From positions 37,388,001-37,452,000 of the forward strand of contig NC_086109.1 of assembly GCF_963921235.1 (NCBI RefSeq): DNA of 64,000 nucleotides. Reading direction: 5' to 3'. This document shows, piece by piece, positions 42,234 to 53,932 of the stretch; position 1 is the first letter of the stretch, and every line of letters starts with the position of its first letter. Under the pieces are notes generated by a model. That model saw only the letters and a list, made by a program, of their open reading frames with translations, was not told the origin of the DNA and did no database searches. The position numbers were made by a program, and so were the translations under genes. The DNA comes from Mobula hypostoma. Lineage: Eukaryota.

Positions 42234-42271
42234 GAATCGACGTTTCGGGCCGGAACCCTTCGTCAGGACTG
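42234..42271 (-). ncRNA. Minimal hammerhead ribozyme motif (inverted pLTR copy)
   Basis: Reverse complement cagtc-CTGACGA-agggttccggccc-GAAA-cGTC-gattc; core intact. Confidence 0.7.
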
Positions 42272-42772
42272 AAGAATGAAAGATGGAGAAGGATTTGAAG
42301 AATGCTTGTAGCGTCAGTTGAAAGACCAGTAATTTGAAAGGCAAAGGCATGAGAGAGGGGAAGCATTGATGTCATAGCCCTGAAAACTATGGGTGGTAGA
42401 AGAAGGAGGCGGAACCATGAGGGAGCTGGGGGGGGGGGGTTAGAGTGAAATAGGGATAGGGGAAGGGAGGGGGAGGGAATTACCAGAAGTTGGAGAATTC
42501 TATGTTCATATCAAGGGGCTGGAGACTACCTAGACAGTATATGAGGTGTTGCTCCTCCAACCTGAGTTTAGCCTCATCATGGCAGTAGAGGAGGCCATGT
42601 ATGCACATATCTGAATGGGAATGGGAAGCAGAGTAGAAGTGGGTGGCTACAGGGAGATCCTGTCTGTTGTTCTATCAATGATTCCCTTCCCCCACCCCTT
42701 TGTCTTTCAAATTACTGGTCTATCAACTGACGCTACAAGCATTCTTCAAATCCTTCCCCATCTTTCATTCTT

Positions 42773-42810
42773 CAGTCCTGATGAAGGGTTCTGGCCCGAA
42801 ACGTCGACTC
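42773..42810 (+). ncRNA. Minimal type I hammerhead ribozyme motif
   Basis: cagtc-CTGATGA-a ggg ttctgg ccc-GAAA-cGTC-gact; core and stems intact. Confidence 0.75.
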
Positions 42811-43257
42811 ATTGTTTCTGATTGATACTGCCCGACCTGCTGAGTTCATCCAGCGTACTAAAAGTGTTGCTTTGATCTTTTACAGCATCTGCAGATTATT
42901 TTGTGTGGACATGAGGTATAGGCCATGACCTTTAGCTCCACCCACTTCCTTGCAGAAGAAAGTCTTAAACCAAAATACTCCTTCCAGGTCAGAAGGAAGA
43001 TTTAGGGTTCCCATCAATGTTATGGAGAAAAGTATGAAACTAAGCACAGAGACCCTCCTCATTCTATAGTCTCTAAATATACAAAGCAACCGGGCCCATC
43101 TGAAATGTCCACTCCTTCCCGTACAGCTCACAAAAAGCAAAATATAAAGGAGAAGGCCAACATTAATGTAATACAAAATACACAGGAGACTTTTAGCAAC
43201 AACTTTAATCCAAACGCTTTGACGAATATGATACAGGTATACCTAGTCTTGTTCTTC

Positions 43258-43440
43258 TAGTCATAGTCATAGTCATAGTCATAGCCATACTTTATTGATC
43301 CCCAGGGAAATTGGTTTTCGTTACAGTTGCACCATAAATAATTAAATAGTAATAAAGCCATAAATAATTAAATAGCAATACGTAAATTATGCCAGGAAAT
43401 AAGTCCAGGACCAGCCTATTGGCTCAGGGTGTCTGACCAT
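43258..43440 (-). mobile_element. Short Rex/Babar-like LINE 3' tail inserted in the foamy-like RT
   Basis: (tagtca)n plus tactttattgatccc.agggaaattgg..., nearly identical to 33772-33940. Confidence 0.8.
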
Positions 43441-45451
43441 ATACCAATATATACCAAATTCTTCTATATACCAAAGCTCATATTTTTAGGAAAATTCGAC
43501 CCTGCTGTTTTGATGCAGCAACAGACATTGCAACAAATGCTGCAAGGATCGACTTGTAAAACTATAAACCTTGCATAGTTCTGGCTAATGACATCTGGCC
43601 ACACCCACTTTTTGAAAGTGACAAGACAGAGGCTCTGTAATTAACATTATAAAATCTCAAATCCGCCATACAAAAGTCAATTTCCTAGGTATGACAATTA
43701 CCAGTTAGGTTTAACTCCTGAATTCAGACAAAAAGTTGCTCAAGTAGGAAATCTAAAGACCATAAATGCCTTCCAGTCAACCACAGACCTATTGAATTAT
43801 GCAAGACCTTTCATATCTATGTCCAATTGTTAAAATCATTATGTAAGCCGGAAAAATGCAACACCTTTTGTTTTTACCCCAGTAGATTATGAGGCACCAG
43901 TGAACTTGATGTATCCATCTGCTATAATGAGAGAGAGAAGCACAAGCCCCCATACATTATGTTTCATATACGGTAATTTCACCCCAACAGAATGGAAATT
44001 TACTGCCTTAGAATGGCGTCTTACTATGGTATTCTATACACTTACTGAGGTAAGAGCCCTACAAGGGAACAAACCAATTATTATACAATCTAGGTTTGCG
44101 TTTTTAAAAATGATTGTAAATTACCAACAAATGAACGGAGAGCAACCATAACTAGATATGGGGGGACAGCAAATACTTCTACAAGATGACTCCTTAATGT
44201 GGGAATATGTTCCTGAGAGTCATGACTTACAATCCTTACCTATCATGGAAGCTGCAGAACTATCTTCTCCATGACCTAATACAGCACAACATGCTTTACA
44301 GCATGATTCTTAAATATGGCAGCATGGTGGGTCAGTAATGAAAATCCAGAAAGATGGATCCACTCCATCATAATCCCTGCTCTTGGTTATAAAACGAACA
44401 CTTTATCAGAAACTGAATTTGAACCGCATGAGTTGCCAGAGGGTCCTTTAGGGAATCATACAGTTCAGTTTACAGAGGATAAAGCTGTAGGATCATGTCT
44501 AAAGCAAGTGACTATAACAGAACCGGTCCTGATAGGCACTGTTTCTAACTATGTTAGGAATGCAGTAGAAAGAAATCGTCCCACCTTCCAGATGGAGAAC
44601 ATAACAGAGGTAAACTGCTTCCACATTTGTCCATGTGGAAGAATATTTATGAATGATTACTGACCAGACCATTAGTACAGGTGATACATGACCCAGGACA
44701 TACTGCAAGCCTCTTATACAGCTATGGTAAAATATTAAGTAAGAAATAAGTAAAACAAGCTGTCAGGGTTTTGGTAGTAATTAAGTAGCAAGTAAAAAAT
44801 AACCAGGATGATGCTTTAAGAATTCTCCTTGATACTACTAAACCCAATTCCAAAGGATTTCCAACACGGCGCAAATATGAAGCTGATGGTGAGGGTAAGG
44901 TTTGGGTATGACGCCCCAAGAAAAGATAAGAAGCAAACACCTTCTGGCCACGTGGACCTGATTCAAGAAGTCCACCAAGGATTCGGATACAATCATGGTG
45001 GTGGACAAACCACTCATACAAAATTAGTCATGTGATACTGGTGGCCTGACATGTTGATTGTAAGTGGTTTGTTGAAAATTGTAAAGAATGCCTGGCCTAT
45101 AATAAAGGAGTGGTCACAAGAAAATCTCCCATAGGACAAGCAAAGCCAACTGCACCAAAGTGGGTGAGGGAATTGATTATATAGGCCTATTTCTGTCATC
45201 GGAAATCTAATAAATATATTCTTATGATAATTGATCTTTGCATGGGATATGTGTGGTTAGTCACCATGACTGCTACTGGTGAGACCTTAACTGCCAGAGC
45301 CCTTGAAAACTCCATATTCCCACATGCTGGCACTTCTACCTGCAATAATGTCAACTCAGGGTTTTCCTTCAGTGGTAAAGACTTTCAAGCCATGTGTGAA
45401 TGAACAAGCATACAAGTGGAGTACAACATTCCATTCCAGCCACAATTGAGT

Positions 45452-48400
45452 AGTGGTGATATCATGTGTCACGTGTAAGAACGTGATTGGACAGAGTTCG
45501 GAGCATGCACAGAAATGACAGAATGATCTAGAAACTGTATGGTGAAAACGTGGTTGCTGTTTGCTGTTGTAAATAAAAGTTTGAGTTTTAATTCTTCCAG
45601 AATATGGTTTGGTCGTAGTAACCCACCGTACATATAAAGAACACAACATGGCGTCAACTGCCTGTGAGAGACTGAATTTGGTGAAAAGGTTCTTAGTCCT
45701 GGACAGTGACACAGAGTCAGAATACAGTGACTTGATGAAGGAGTATAAGGACTTGTTCAAAGGGCTTGGTTGTCTTCCAGGAGAGCACACGATTAAAATT
45801 GACAATACAGTGCCACCCGTAGTACATCCATGTAGAAAAGTACCTTTTGCATTATGTGATCAACTGAAAACAGAGCTTGACAGAATGGAACGGTTAGGAG
45901 TCATACAGAAAATTGATGAACCGACTGAATGGGTCAATTCGCTTGTTATTGTTGATAAGAAAAATGGAAAACTGAAGATTTGCTTAGATCCAAGGGACTT
46001 GAATCGAGCCATTAAAAGAGAGCATTTCAAATTGCCTACTCGTGAAGAAATTATGTCACAGTTTGCTAACGCAAAGTACTTTAATAAATTAGATGCATCC
46101 TCTGGATTCTGGCAATTTAAATTAGCTGAACCAAGTTCAAAGTTGTGTACCTTTAATACCTCTTTTGCCGGATACCGCTTTCTTAGGCTTCCGTTTGGAG
46201 TTGCATCAGCTCCTGAAGTGTACCATAAAACCATTCACATGCTATATGAGCACACTGAGGGCGTGTATACATCCATGGACGATATTATTGTTTGGGGATC
46301 AACTAAACAAGAGCATGAAGCCAGACTTAGACTAGCCTTAGAGGCAACAAGCAAGGCAAACCTGAAGTTGGATAAAAACAAATGTCAGCTAGGAGTGACT
46401 GAACTTATCTTTGTGGGTGATATCATCAGCAACGAGGGTGTGCGTCCTGATCCATTGAAGGTTTCTGCTATTGAGAACATGCCAAGACCGCAATGTAAAA
46501 AAGATATTCAAAGTTTTATGGGAATGGTCAACTACATGGGAAAGTTCATACCCAATCTTTCGGAACAGCTTGCTCCATTGAGGCAGCAAACAGAAAAGAG
46601 AAACAAATGGAGCTGGAATCATGAACAGGAGAAGGAATGGCAAAATCTGAAGAAAGTGCTCACCAAAGAACCTGTGTTGAAATTCTATGATGCTGAGAGA
46701 CCCATCAAAATCTCATGCATTATCTGATCCAGAAACAAGGTATGCCCAAATTGAAAAAGAATTGCTCAGCATTATGTTTGCTTGTGAGAGATTTCATCAG
46801 TCTGTGTCAGGGCAATCTATTGATGTTGGAACCAATCATAAGCCACTGATTGTATTGTTTCGCAAACCTTTAAGCGACTGTTCTTTGCAAATTCAGCAAA
46901 TAATGATCAAATTGCAAAGATATGTGTTGAATGTATCATACACACCTGGAAAATTCATGTACACAGCTGACACACTTTCCAGAGCTCTGGATCCAACAAC
47001 AAAAGACAGTCACGGGGACGCTGTTGATGTTCAGGCATTTATTGATATGATCATAGAGACTGTACCTGTTGCTCCTGAAAAATTGGAACTGCTGCGTCTT
47101 GAGACAGAGAAGGACAAAATTCTCAGTCAGTTAATACAAGTGGTGATGGATGGATGGCCAGATAATAGGCATGACTGTACCTCAGTAGTACAAGATTATT
47201 GGAACCACAGATCAGAACTGTCTGTTGTGGATGGGATATTGTACAAAGGTAGTAGAATTGTGATACCTAAAAGTCTCCAAAAAGAAACGCTTGGGAAAAA
47301 TCATGAAGGCCACCTAGATATTGAAAAGTGTAAGAGAAGGGCGCGGGAAGTGATGTGGTAGCCCAGGATGAATCAAGAAATTGCAGAGTTGGTGTCTTCC
47401 TGTCAAATTTGCTTTAAATACCAACCTAGCAACCCTAAGGAGCCACTGCATCCACATCCTAGTCCTCAGAGACTTTCTCAGAAGGCAGGCGTTGATCTTT
47501 TTATAACTGGCAACAAAGATTATCTATTAATAACAGATTAACTCATTGTATCCTGAAGTGTGTGGTTTGAGGAGAACAACAGCAAAGAGTGTAATTACAT
47601 GCATGAAATCAGTTTTTTTCCAGACATGGTGTACCTGATGAAGTTTTCACACACAATGGTCCACAATTCAATGGTAAATGTATGAAACATTTTGCTCATG
47701 AATGGGACTTTGTTCATACAACATCTAGTCCATTTTTCCCTCAGTCCAATGCATTAATTGAGAAGTCGGTAGGAATTATCAAGAAACTGATGCACAAAGC
47801 AAAAGATAGCGGAGGTGATTTTTATAAAGCTTTGTTAGCCTATCGCAGTACTCCACCTGAATGTGGACTTTCACCTGCTCAGCTCTTGATGGGATGCTGT
47901 TTGAGATCCAATCTGCCAATAAATGAGAGCCTTCTGAGAACAGAAGGAGGTGAACAAGTGAAAAGATGGAAAGATGAACACAAAACAAAGCAGAAAGCAT
48001 GATTTAACAGATGTTTCATCCATTACCTGAACTGCACCAAGGAGATGAAGTGAAGATACAAGACTAAATAAACACATGGATACAGAAAGCTACAGTACTT
48101 GAAGAAGTACAACCCAGATCATGGTCCAAACAGAAGAAGGAGCAGTGTTAAGAAGAAATCACAAAGACCTCAAGGAAGAGCCAACTTCAGAATTCCAGTT
48201 AACTGATGCAGACCAGACAACACATGAAAATAACAACAAAACACAAGAACTGTGTGAACCACTTAGAAGGTCTACTAATGTTTGTAAACCCCCAGGGAGA
48301 CTGATAGAGGCATGGTAAATTATGCATTTGTTTTGATTAATGTTGCTACTTGCTTTTCTTTTTAAGGAAAGGGAGCTGTAGTGATATCACGTGTCACATG

Positions 48401-48566
48401 TACGAACGTGATTGGACAGAGTTCGGAGCATGCGCAGAAATGACAGAATGATTTAGAAACTCTATAGTGAAAACGTGGTTGCCGTTGTACATAGAAGTTC
48501 TAGTTTTAATTCTTCCAGAATATGGTTTGTTCTTAGTAACCCACGGTACATATAAAGAACACAACA
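45452..48566 (+). mobile_element. Gypsy LTR retrotransposon (K02A2.6/Mag-like pol) lacking gag and protease, inserted in the foamy-like integrase
   Basis: LTRs 45452-45648 and 48377-48566; PBS tggcgtca at 45649; PPT aaggaaagggag before LTR2; 5-bp TSD tgagt/cgagt. RT (ICLDPRDLN, LDASSGFWQ, RLPFG, SMDD), RNase H (YAQIEKELL), integrase (HEGH..KCKRRARE, SSPFFPQSN, LSPAQLL). Confidence 0.93.
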
Positions 48567-49532
48567 CGAGTGACATTGTAGAGCTAAGGAATCGAGAGAT
48601 TATGCAAGACCTGGCAAAACTGGTCTGCTCTGGAGGCAAAGTAGGCTACACTTGTTCCTGAAGTTTAAACTGTCTGAAAACAATATCCCAATTGTGAAAA
48701 TATAAGTACACAAGAATGTTACACCTTATTTCTTCATGTACATTCTCCACCTACATACACCCCTGAAAGAGTTCATGCAAATTCAAGGGAAAGAAAAAGA
48801 ATCTGACAAGACAGTTTGGAGACCACAAAAGGGAGACTTGGTCCAAGAAAAGAAATTCATAAAAATAATTCTGACCCTGGTTTCCATCCTAAATGGAAAA
48901 TCCGTGTCGCGTTACCCGGTAGGACTGTAGTGATCGAGACCGAGAGGAGAAATAAGACTGTAAGTAAAGCTGTCTCCATAGATAACATCAGACCTGCCCC
49001 AGCAGGATTTATCTCCCCAGAATGAGTGGAACCCTTATATTAGACGTGTACATGGGTCCACTGCGGAATCCCTACACCCCAAAAGGAAGTGAGATGTATT
49101 GAAAAGATAAAAAACTTGTTTAGTTCTGCAAAACAAGAAATTCCTTTTCACTTGAGAAAGATCTCATAGGTACATTGCCCAAGGATAGTAACCCAGAATC
49201 CATTGATTTCAGAGTAAAACAGACTCAGGTTCCAGGAAGAACTGTTGCTTTTCTTGTATTTTAATTTTACTGTATGTGTTTAAGATAATGTTGTTTAGTG
49301 TTGCCTTACTTACCAATTTGCTTTTTCATAGATGAAGTCACATTTACTATGGAAGAGAATATTATTTAAGAGAATCTGCAAGCAATGATGATTCTAATTT
49401 AATTATCACTAATTTGTCCTTACCTCTTGGTCATATGTGAACTAATACACTGGAACCATTAATGCCTGCTTGTGGCAAAGTGATTGCTCTTGTCTACTTC
49501 ACTCTGACCACTTTGCGGATGAAATGAGCATG

Positions 49533-50028
49533 CAGTACTGTGCAAAAGTCTTAGGCACATATAAATAACTATGTACTGTATGCATTTATATTTTGCACTG
49601 TACTGATGCTGCAAAAAAAAACAAATTTTATGACATATGTGAGTGATGATAAACCTGATTCTGATATGGGTCTCTGTTGTGGACTGAGAGTGGGAAGGGG
49701 CCAGCGAGAGGGGAATCATGGTTGGGAAAAGGGGAAGGGAGAGGAGAGGGAGTGGGAAGCACCAGAGAGACACATTGTAATGATAAGTAAACCAATTGCT
49801 TGGAATCAACTGGCCTTGTCTGGTCTCCACACACATGCCACCCCGCCACCCCAACACCCCTCCTTTGCCACCTGCCTCACGGTGCTCCACACTTGCCAAT
49901 CCCAACATCCTTTGCTCCTGTTAAATTTACAAACTCGTTTACCACTCCATATTGACAAATACAGTACTGTGCAAAAGTCTTCAGCGCCCTGGATATATAC
50001 ATGCGCTAAGACTTTTGGGCAATTCTAT
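49533..50028. mobile_element. Composite insertion with Tc1/mariner-like MITE ends plus a LINE 3' UTR fragment
   Basis: cagtactgtgcaaaa..ttttgcactgtactg inverted ends at 49533-49605. A second cagtactgtgcaaaagtctt..aagacttttg unit lies at about 49962-50028, with a LINE-like tail (gataaacctgattctgat) between the two. Confidence 0.55.
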
Positions 50029-51527
50029 AGACACAAGTGAAAGCAAAGAACATGTGCAGAAATGATTAATAACATATTAACAAAAGTGAAAGTTCCAGCC
50101 AAGTTATTGAAGGTAAACTAATAGAGGAATCCCTTGACATGGATCCCTCTACATTTGAAGAAATGTATAGACACTGTTACGTCATGGAATGATCCCACTC
50201 ATGGGAACATGACATTGAAACATTTATGGCCTACAAGTATACTTACTACTAAGATTTTAGGCATTTCCATTTCTCCAATTTTGGTCACTATTCCATTCCA
50301 TTGTTAAATGTCAAGATAACATGACAATTTCTGCATTTCTGGGTTATGTTCTAATTGACTCAATAGTGCCTTGATCTGTTTTTTTTTTGCATGGAAGATA
50401 AGATGAAAAGATGCAATGAAACAGAAGGTGTGATGAAACAAAAATGTTTTCCTCCCTGGTCAACTGAAATTGTTAAGTCCAATAAGCTTTTTAGACATTT
50501 TAGTCCCATAGACTATTATACATATCTAATTACCCTTAATCAAACAATTATGAAAAGTTTGTGCTGTGGCATGAATAATACCTTACAATGAAAATTAGTT
50601 CAGAAATATTGATGTCCTTACAAATTCAATTATATTTCAGAAAACTTCAACTACAAGTTGACAAATGGGGAAACAAGCCTATGACAAATTTTACTGTTGG
50701 AGACCAACTGATAATGCTAAATTTTGGGGTTACACAGGTAACATTTCTTCATGAATAGACAATGTTACGTATACAGACAAGCCTTCAATTATTTCTGTGT
50801 CTTCAGCCACATGGTGCTATCTTCAAAAGGCAAAAAAAAATTGGCCCTAAATAATTTTCATGATTTTTATAATATATATATTTGAATATACTTGACAGTG
50901 CTCACTCTCCACATAGCACTGATGTGATCCTTTGTTTCACTTGGAAAGTGGAAATTTCTGATGACAACGGTTGTTCAGCCACATTGCCATCAGAGAATCA
51001 CTGACTTTGGAGCTTTATAAAGGAAATGACTCTAAATCTATGTTGCATATCTCAAAACAAAAACACAGGTCCAATTTAAGGATGGATCAAGAATGTTCCA
51101 GAAGGACCTGATATTCAGCAACAATATGACTAGAAGAAACTCAGCCTAATTAAAAGAATATTTCTCTATACACTAAGAGAGTAACTGAGACAACATAATC
51201 AGACAAGTGAAGCATCTTCTTTCACAAGTTTCCTTTACAGACTCATACTGAATCCCTGACTGGCTTAATGCTGTAACTGAAGCTAGAGCTAAGACCTTTC
51301 TAGTTGTTGCAAGTTTAGCTTCCGCAGCAGCGAATACGTTTCCAGGTAGCTTGGCACAACTGTAAATTGGTCTACAGATATTTTTATTTTGCAGTTGTCC
51401 AATGCACAATTCCCCTGGCCATTGGGTTTATTATTTTGATAGTGCACTTTTTGTTGAAATGTTGAAGCCTGCAAGGATGGAAGCTTAGGGAGTTCTGCAT
51501 CTTGTATAACAGCTTCACTCCTGAGAC

Positions 51528-51727
51528 ACTCACAACGCGCTGGAAGAACTCAGCAGGTCGGGCAGCATCTGTGGAAAAGATCGGTCAACGTTTTGGGCCG
51601 GAACCCTTCATCAGGACTGTGCCCGGTCCGATTTTTTCCACGGATGCTGCCCGACCTGCTGAGTTCCTCCAGCGTGTTGTGAGTGTTGCTTTGACCCCAG
51701 CATCTGCAGATTATTTTGTGTTTATGA
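51528..51727. mobile_element. Short Penelope pLTR fold-back insertion
   Basis: 14-bp TSD ttcactcctgagac (51514-51527 and 51728-51741). About 55-bp inverted arms flank a mutated hammerhead (51583-51619, minus strand). Confidence 0.85.
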
Positions 51728-52612
51728 TTCACTCCTGAGACTCTGTTAAATCCCATATGTAGCCAGCACTACTATGGGTTACTTCTTGTATGTTTGCTTT
51801 GCTTACACTGCCTCATGCTCGCCGCCTTACCTATACCTCTGGTTTATCCTCAACACTGGAAGCAGGGACTACCCTGATGTTGCTATCCTTGATCATCTCC
51901 TTTTCCAAGTCCTGATCACTAACGTTGTGTACAGGTATGCATGCTTTTCACCTCATCTTGAAGAAGGTTGGAATGTATCTCTCGCAAATAATTAGGCTAA
52001 TTACACAACTCTGCAGAAAGATGAGTCAACAAGCATTAGCTTTAACTTACCTATTTGGTCTTTAATATGGGTAACTTTATACATATATGGGTCTTAAAAT
52101 TTACATAACGTACTTTGTAAATGTGTTGTTCATTTGTAGTGATGGGTTTATACTATCATGGTTTATGTCTTTGACTTTTAAAACCATCTATCCTGCTATC
52201 ACTCATACTGCTGCCTTAACAGTGACATCCACACTCACCCCATCTTCCTGCCACCTCAATTGTAGAGGGATCCATGTCAAAGGATTCCTCTATTAGTTTA
52301 CCTTCAATATTTTGGCTGGAATCTTTCACTTCTGTTAATGTGTTATTAATCATTTCTGCACATGTTCTGGGAAAACACAGAAATTTGGAAGATGTGTCAA
52401 TCCTTCTCAGTCAAGTCTAATCTATTATACAGCTAGTTCAGACTCATGAAAATGGGAAGAAAACTATGCAGTTGGTATGGTTGATGTCCAAATGTTGTTA
52501 CAACATCCCAGTGGGTGTTCACTCTCATGGAAGGGGCATAGCCAACCCTTATTAAAACTATTAGACAGAATTCTCAACAGAAGAACTGTATTCTTCCTTA
52601 CTTCCATTATGT

Positions 52613-52920
52613 GGGCACCACTATAGCATGGTGGTTAGCGCAACACTATTACAGCTCAGGACATCAGAATTTGGAATCAATCCCGGAATATGCTGTAAGG
52701 AGACCCTGTATGTCCTCCCACGGGAATTCATGGGTTTTCCCCGGGTCCTCTGGTTGCCTCCCACAGTCCAAAGGTATGCTGGGTAGATTAATTAGTCATT
52801 GTAAAATGTCCTGCTGTGATTAGGTTAGGGTTAAATTAGGGTTGTTGGGGGTTGATGGGCAGTGCAGATCAAAGGGCTGGAAGGGCTTATTCTGTGCTGT
52901 ATCCCTAAATAAAACAAAGT
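52613..52920 (+). mobile_element. HE1-like V-SINE
   Basis: tRNA-like head (gcatggtggttagcgca..), V-domain (gggttttccccgggtcctctggttgcctcccacagtccaaag) and CR1-like tail ending taaataaaa. Confidence 0.75.
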
Positions 52921-53830
52921 TTAAAAAAACTTTGTAAATGTATCATTTTTTATGTACATTATATTGTGAAATCATGTAGCTGATGAATATAATTTTCTGT
53001 AATTACAATGTGAAATTACTAATCCTAAGGCAAAAGAAGAGAGCAACATGTGATCAGTAATTTGTGTTGAGAACTTGTTTTCAGGAAACCTGAGCGAAGT
53101 CGAAAGCAATGCAAACACCCTTGTGAAGGAAATGAACCATCTTTAGTTTACCGAAAGACATTTCTAGCTGACCTGATGAATTATTAGCAACAGTGGTAGT
53201 GATTTGAACTTGCATAAAAGAACTGTTTGTGGGGAAGAAGATCTTAAAAATGGACTAATATGGACATTGATGCATCATTGTCACATGTTTGTGGAAAGTT
53301 ATTATGATGACATTCCTTTGAGGTTTGCAAAATGTGTGCAGCTGCGATTGAGGAAGTGAATACTCTAAAAAGAAAATTACACAGAAACCCTACATTGGGA
53401 AGTGATCACTGAGTTCCTTGAACATCAGAGCAAAGAGAGCCTTTTCTAGCACCAGCAATCTACTGGAACAATTGATTCCTACTGGAATGATAGTCAGTTC
53501 CCAAGAGGAGTTTTGGGAGAGGTCTTGATCTCAAAGCTGATATCAATAAAAATAAACTGAGTTAGATATTTGTGCTTAGCAAGATTGGGGATGTCGTGGA
53601 TATTCACTATCCTGGGACAGGAGATCTCATATTTCCTAAGCTTGTTTTCTAAACACAATTGTCACTTGTAAAATTAAAAAAAGTTAATTTCTAACTAACA
53701 CTTTGTTTAGTTTCTGGTCATAAAAGGAAGTCAGTCTTCAGTTCTTAAAATGTAAATGGAAAGAAGAATCAGCTTGAAGTTAAAAGAAACACTCTATAGA
53801 ACAGCTTTGAAAATAGAACTCTATATAGAA

Positions 53831-53932
53831 ACAACATACATCAAAGTTGCTGGTGAACGCAGCAGGCCAAGCAGCATCTATAGGAAGAGGCGCAGTCGAC
53901 ATTTCAGGCCGAGACCCTTTGTCAGGACTAGG
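53831..53932 (-). mobile_element. Short Penelope pLTR fragment
   Basis: TSD tatatagaa (53822-53830 and 53933-53941). Similar to 39407-39504; mutated hammerhead at 53893-53929. Confidence 0.8.

Larger units (their letters stand above)
42202..42907. mobile_element. Penelope-like insertion with inverted pLTRs
   Basis: 10-bp TSD gacatgaggt (42192-42201 and 42908-42917). Inverted copies at about 42202-42345 and 42695-42850, each with a hammerhead motif. Confidence 0.88.
40750..42920 (+). pseudogene. Putative gag region of the foamy-like provirus, interrupted by Penelope elements
   Basis: Positional only (between PBS and pol). Pro/Trp-rich ORF remnant at 41115-41363; no diagnostic motif recognised. 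Confidence 0.35.
42920..49025 (+). pseudogene. pol: Foamy-like pol pseudogene (RT, RNase H, integrase), split by a LINE tail (43258-43440) and a Gypsy element (45452-48566)
   Basis: NYKPCIVLANDIWPHP (43575 region); GSVINIIKSQIRHTKVNFLGMTIT; GLTPEFRQK..FQSTTDLLNYARPFI; FTPTEWKFTALEWRLT; PLGNHTVQFTE..PVLIGTVSNYV; H..H/YWWPDM/CKEC; IDYIG; YILMIIDLCMGYVWL; IVELRNREI; WRPQKGDLVQE; RTVVI..VSIDNIRP. All are colinear with prototype foamy virus Pol as recalled. Confidence 0.88.
49025..53050 (+). pseudogene. env: Putative env pseudogene of the foamy-like provirus
   Basis: Position after integrase; hydrophobic stretch near 49240-49320. TM-subunit-like remnants at 51770-51960 (TMGYFL; TLEAG L.DVAILD, compare foamy SMGYAL and TLMEATLHDISVME) and LVQTHENG near 52435 (compare FVQVNPLKNG). 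Very decayed. Confidence 0.55.

Noticed and set aside
43225..43250. YDTG as a retroviral protease active site
   Set aside because: The flanking sequence fits the RT N-terminus better (KKQNIKEKA..; NMIQVYLV ~ MNTPVYPV), so DTG is probably coincidental.
43258..43285. Short tandem repeats such as (tagtca)n, (tttctatg)n, (tattgtc)n and (caatgtt)n as a possible CRISPR-like or satellite array
   Set aside because: No spacers and a eukaryotic context; most are LINE 3' microsatellite tails.
51173..51409. Minus-strand 78-aa ORF within the env region as an antisense viral gene
   Set aside because: Short, no recognisable motif, expected by chance.
52613..52690. tRNA gene
   Set aside because: tRNA-derived SINE head continuing into a V-domain; no complete cloverleaf.
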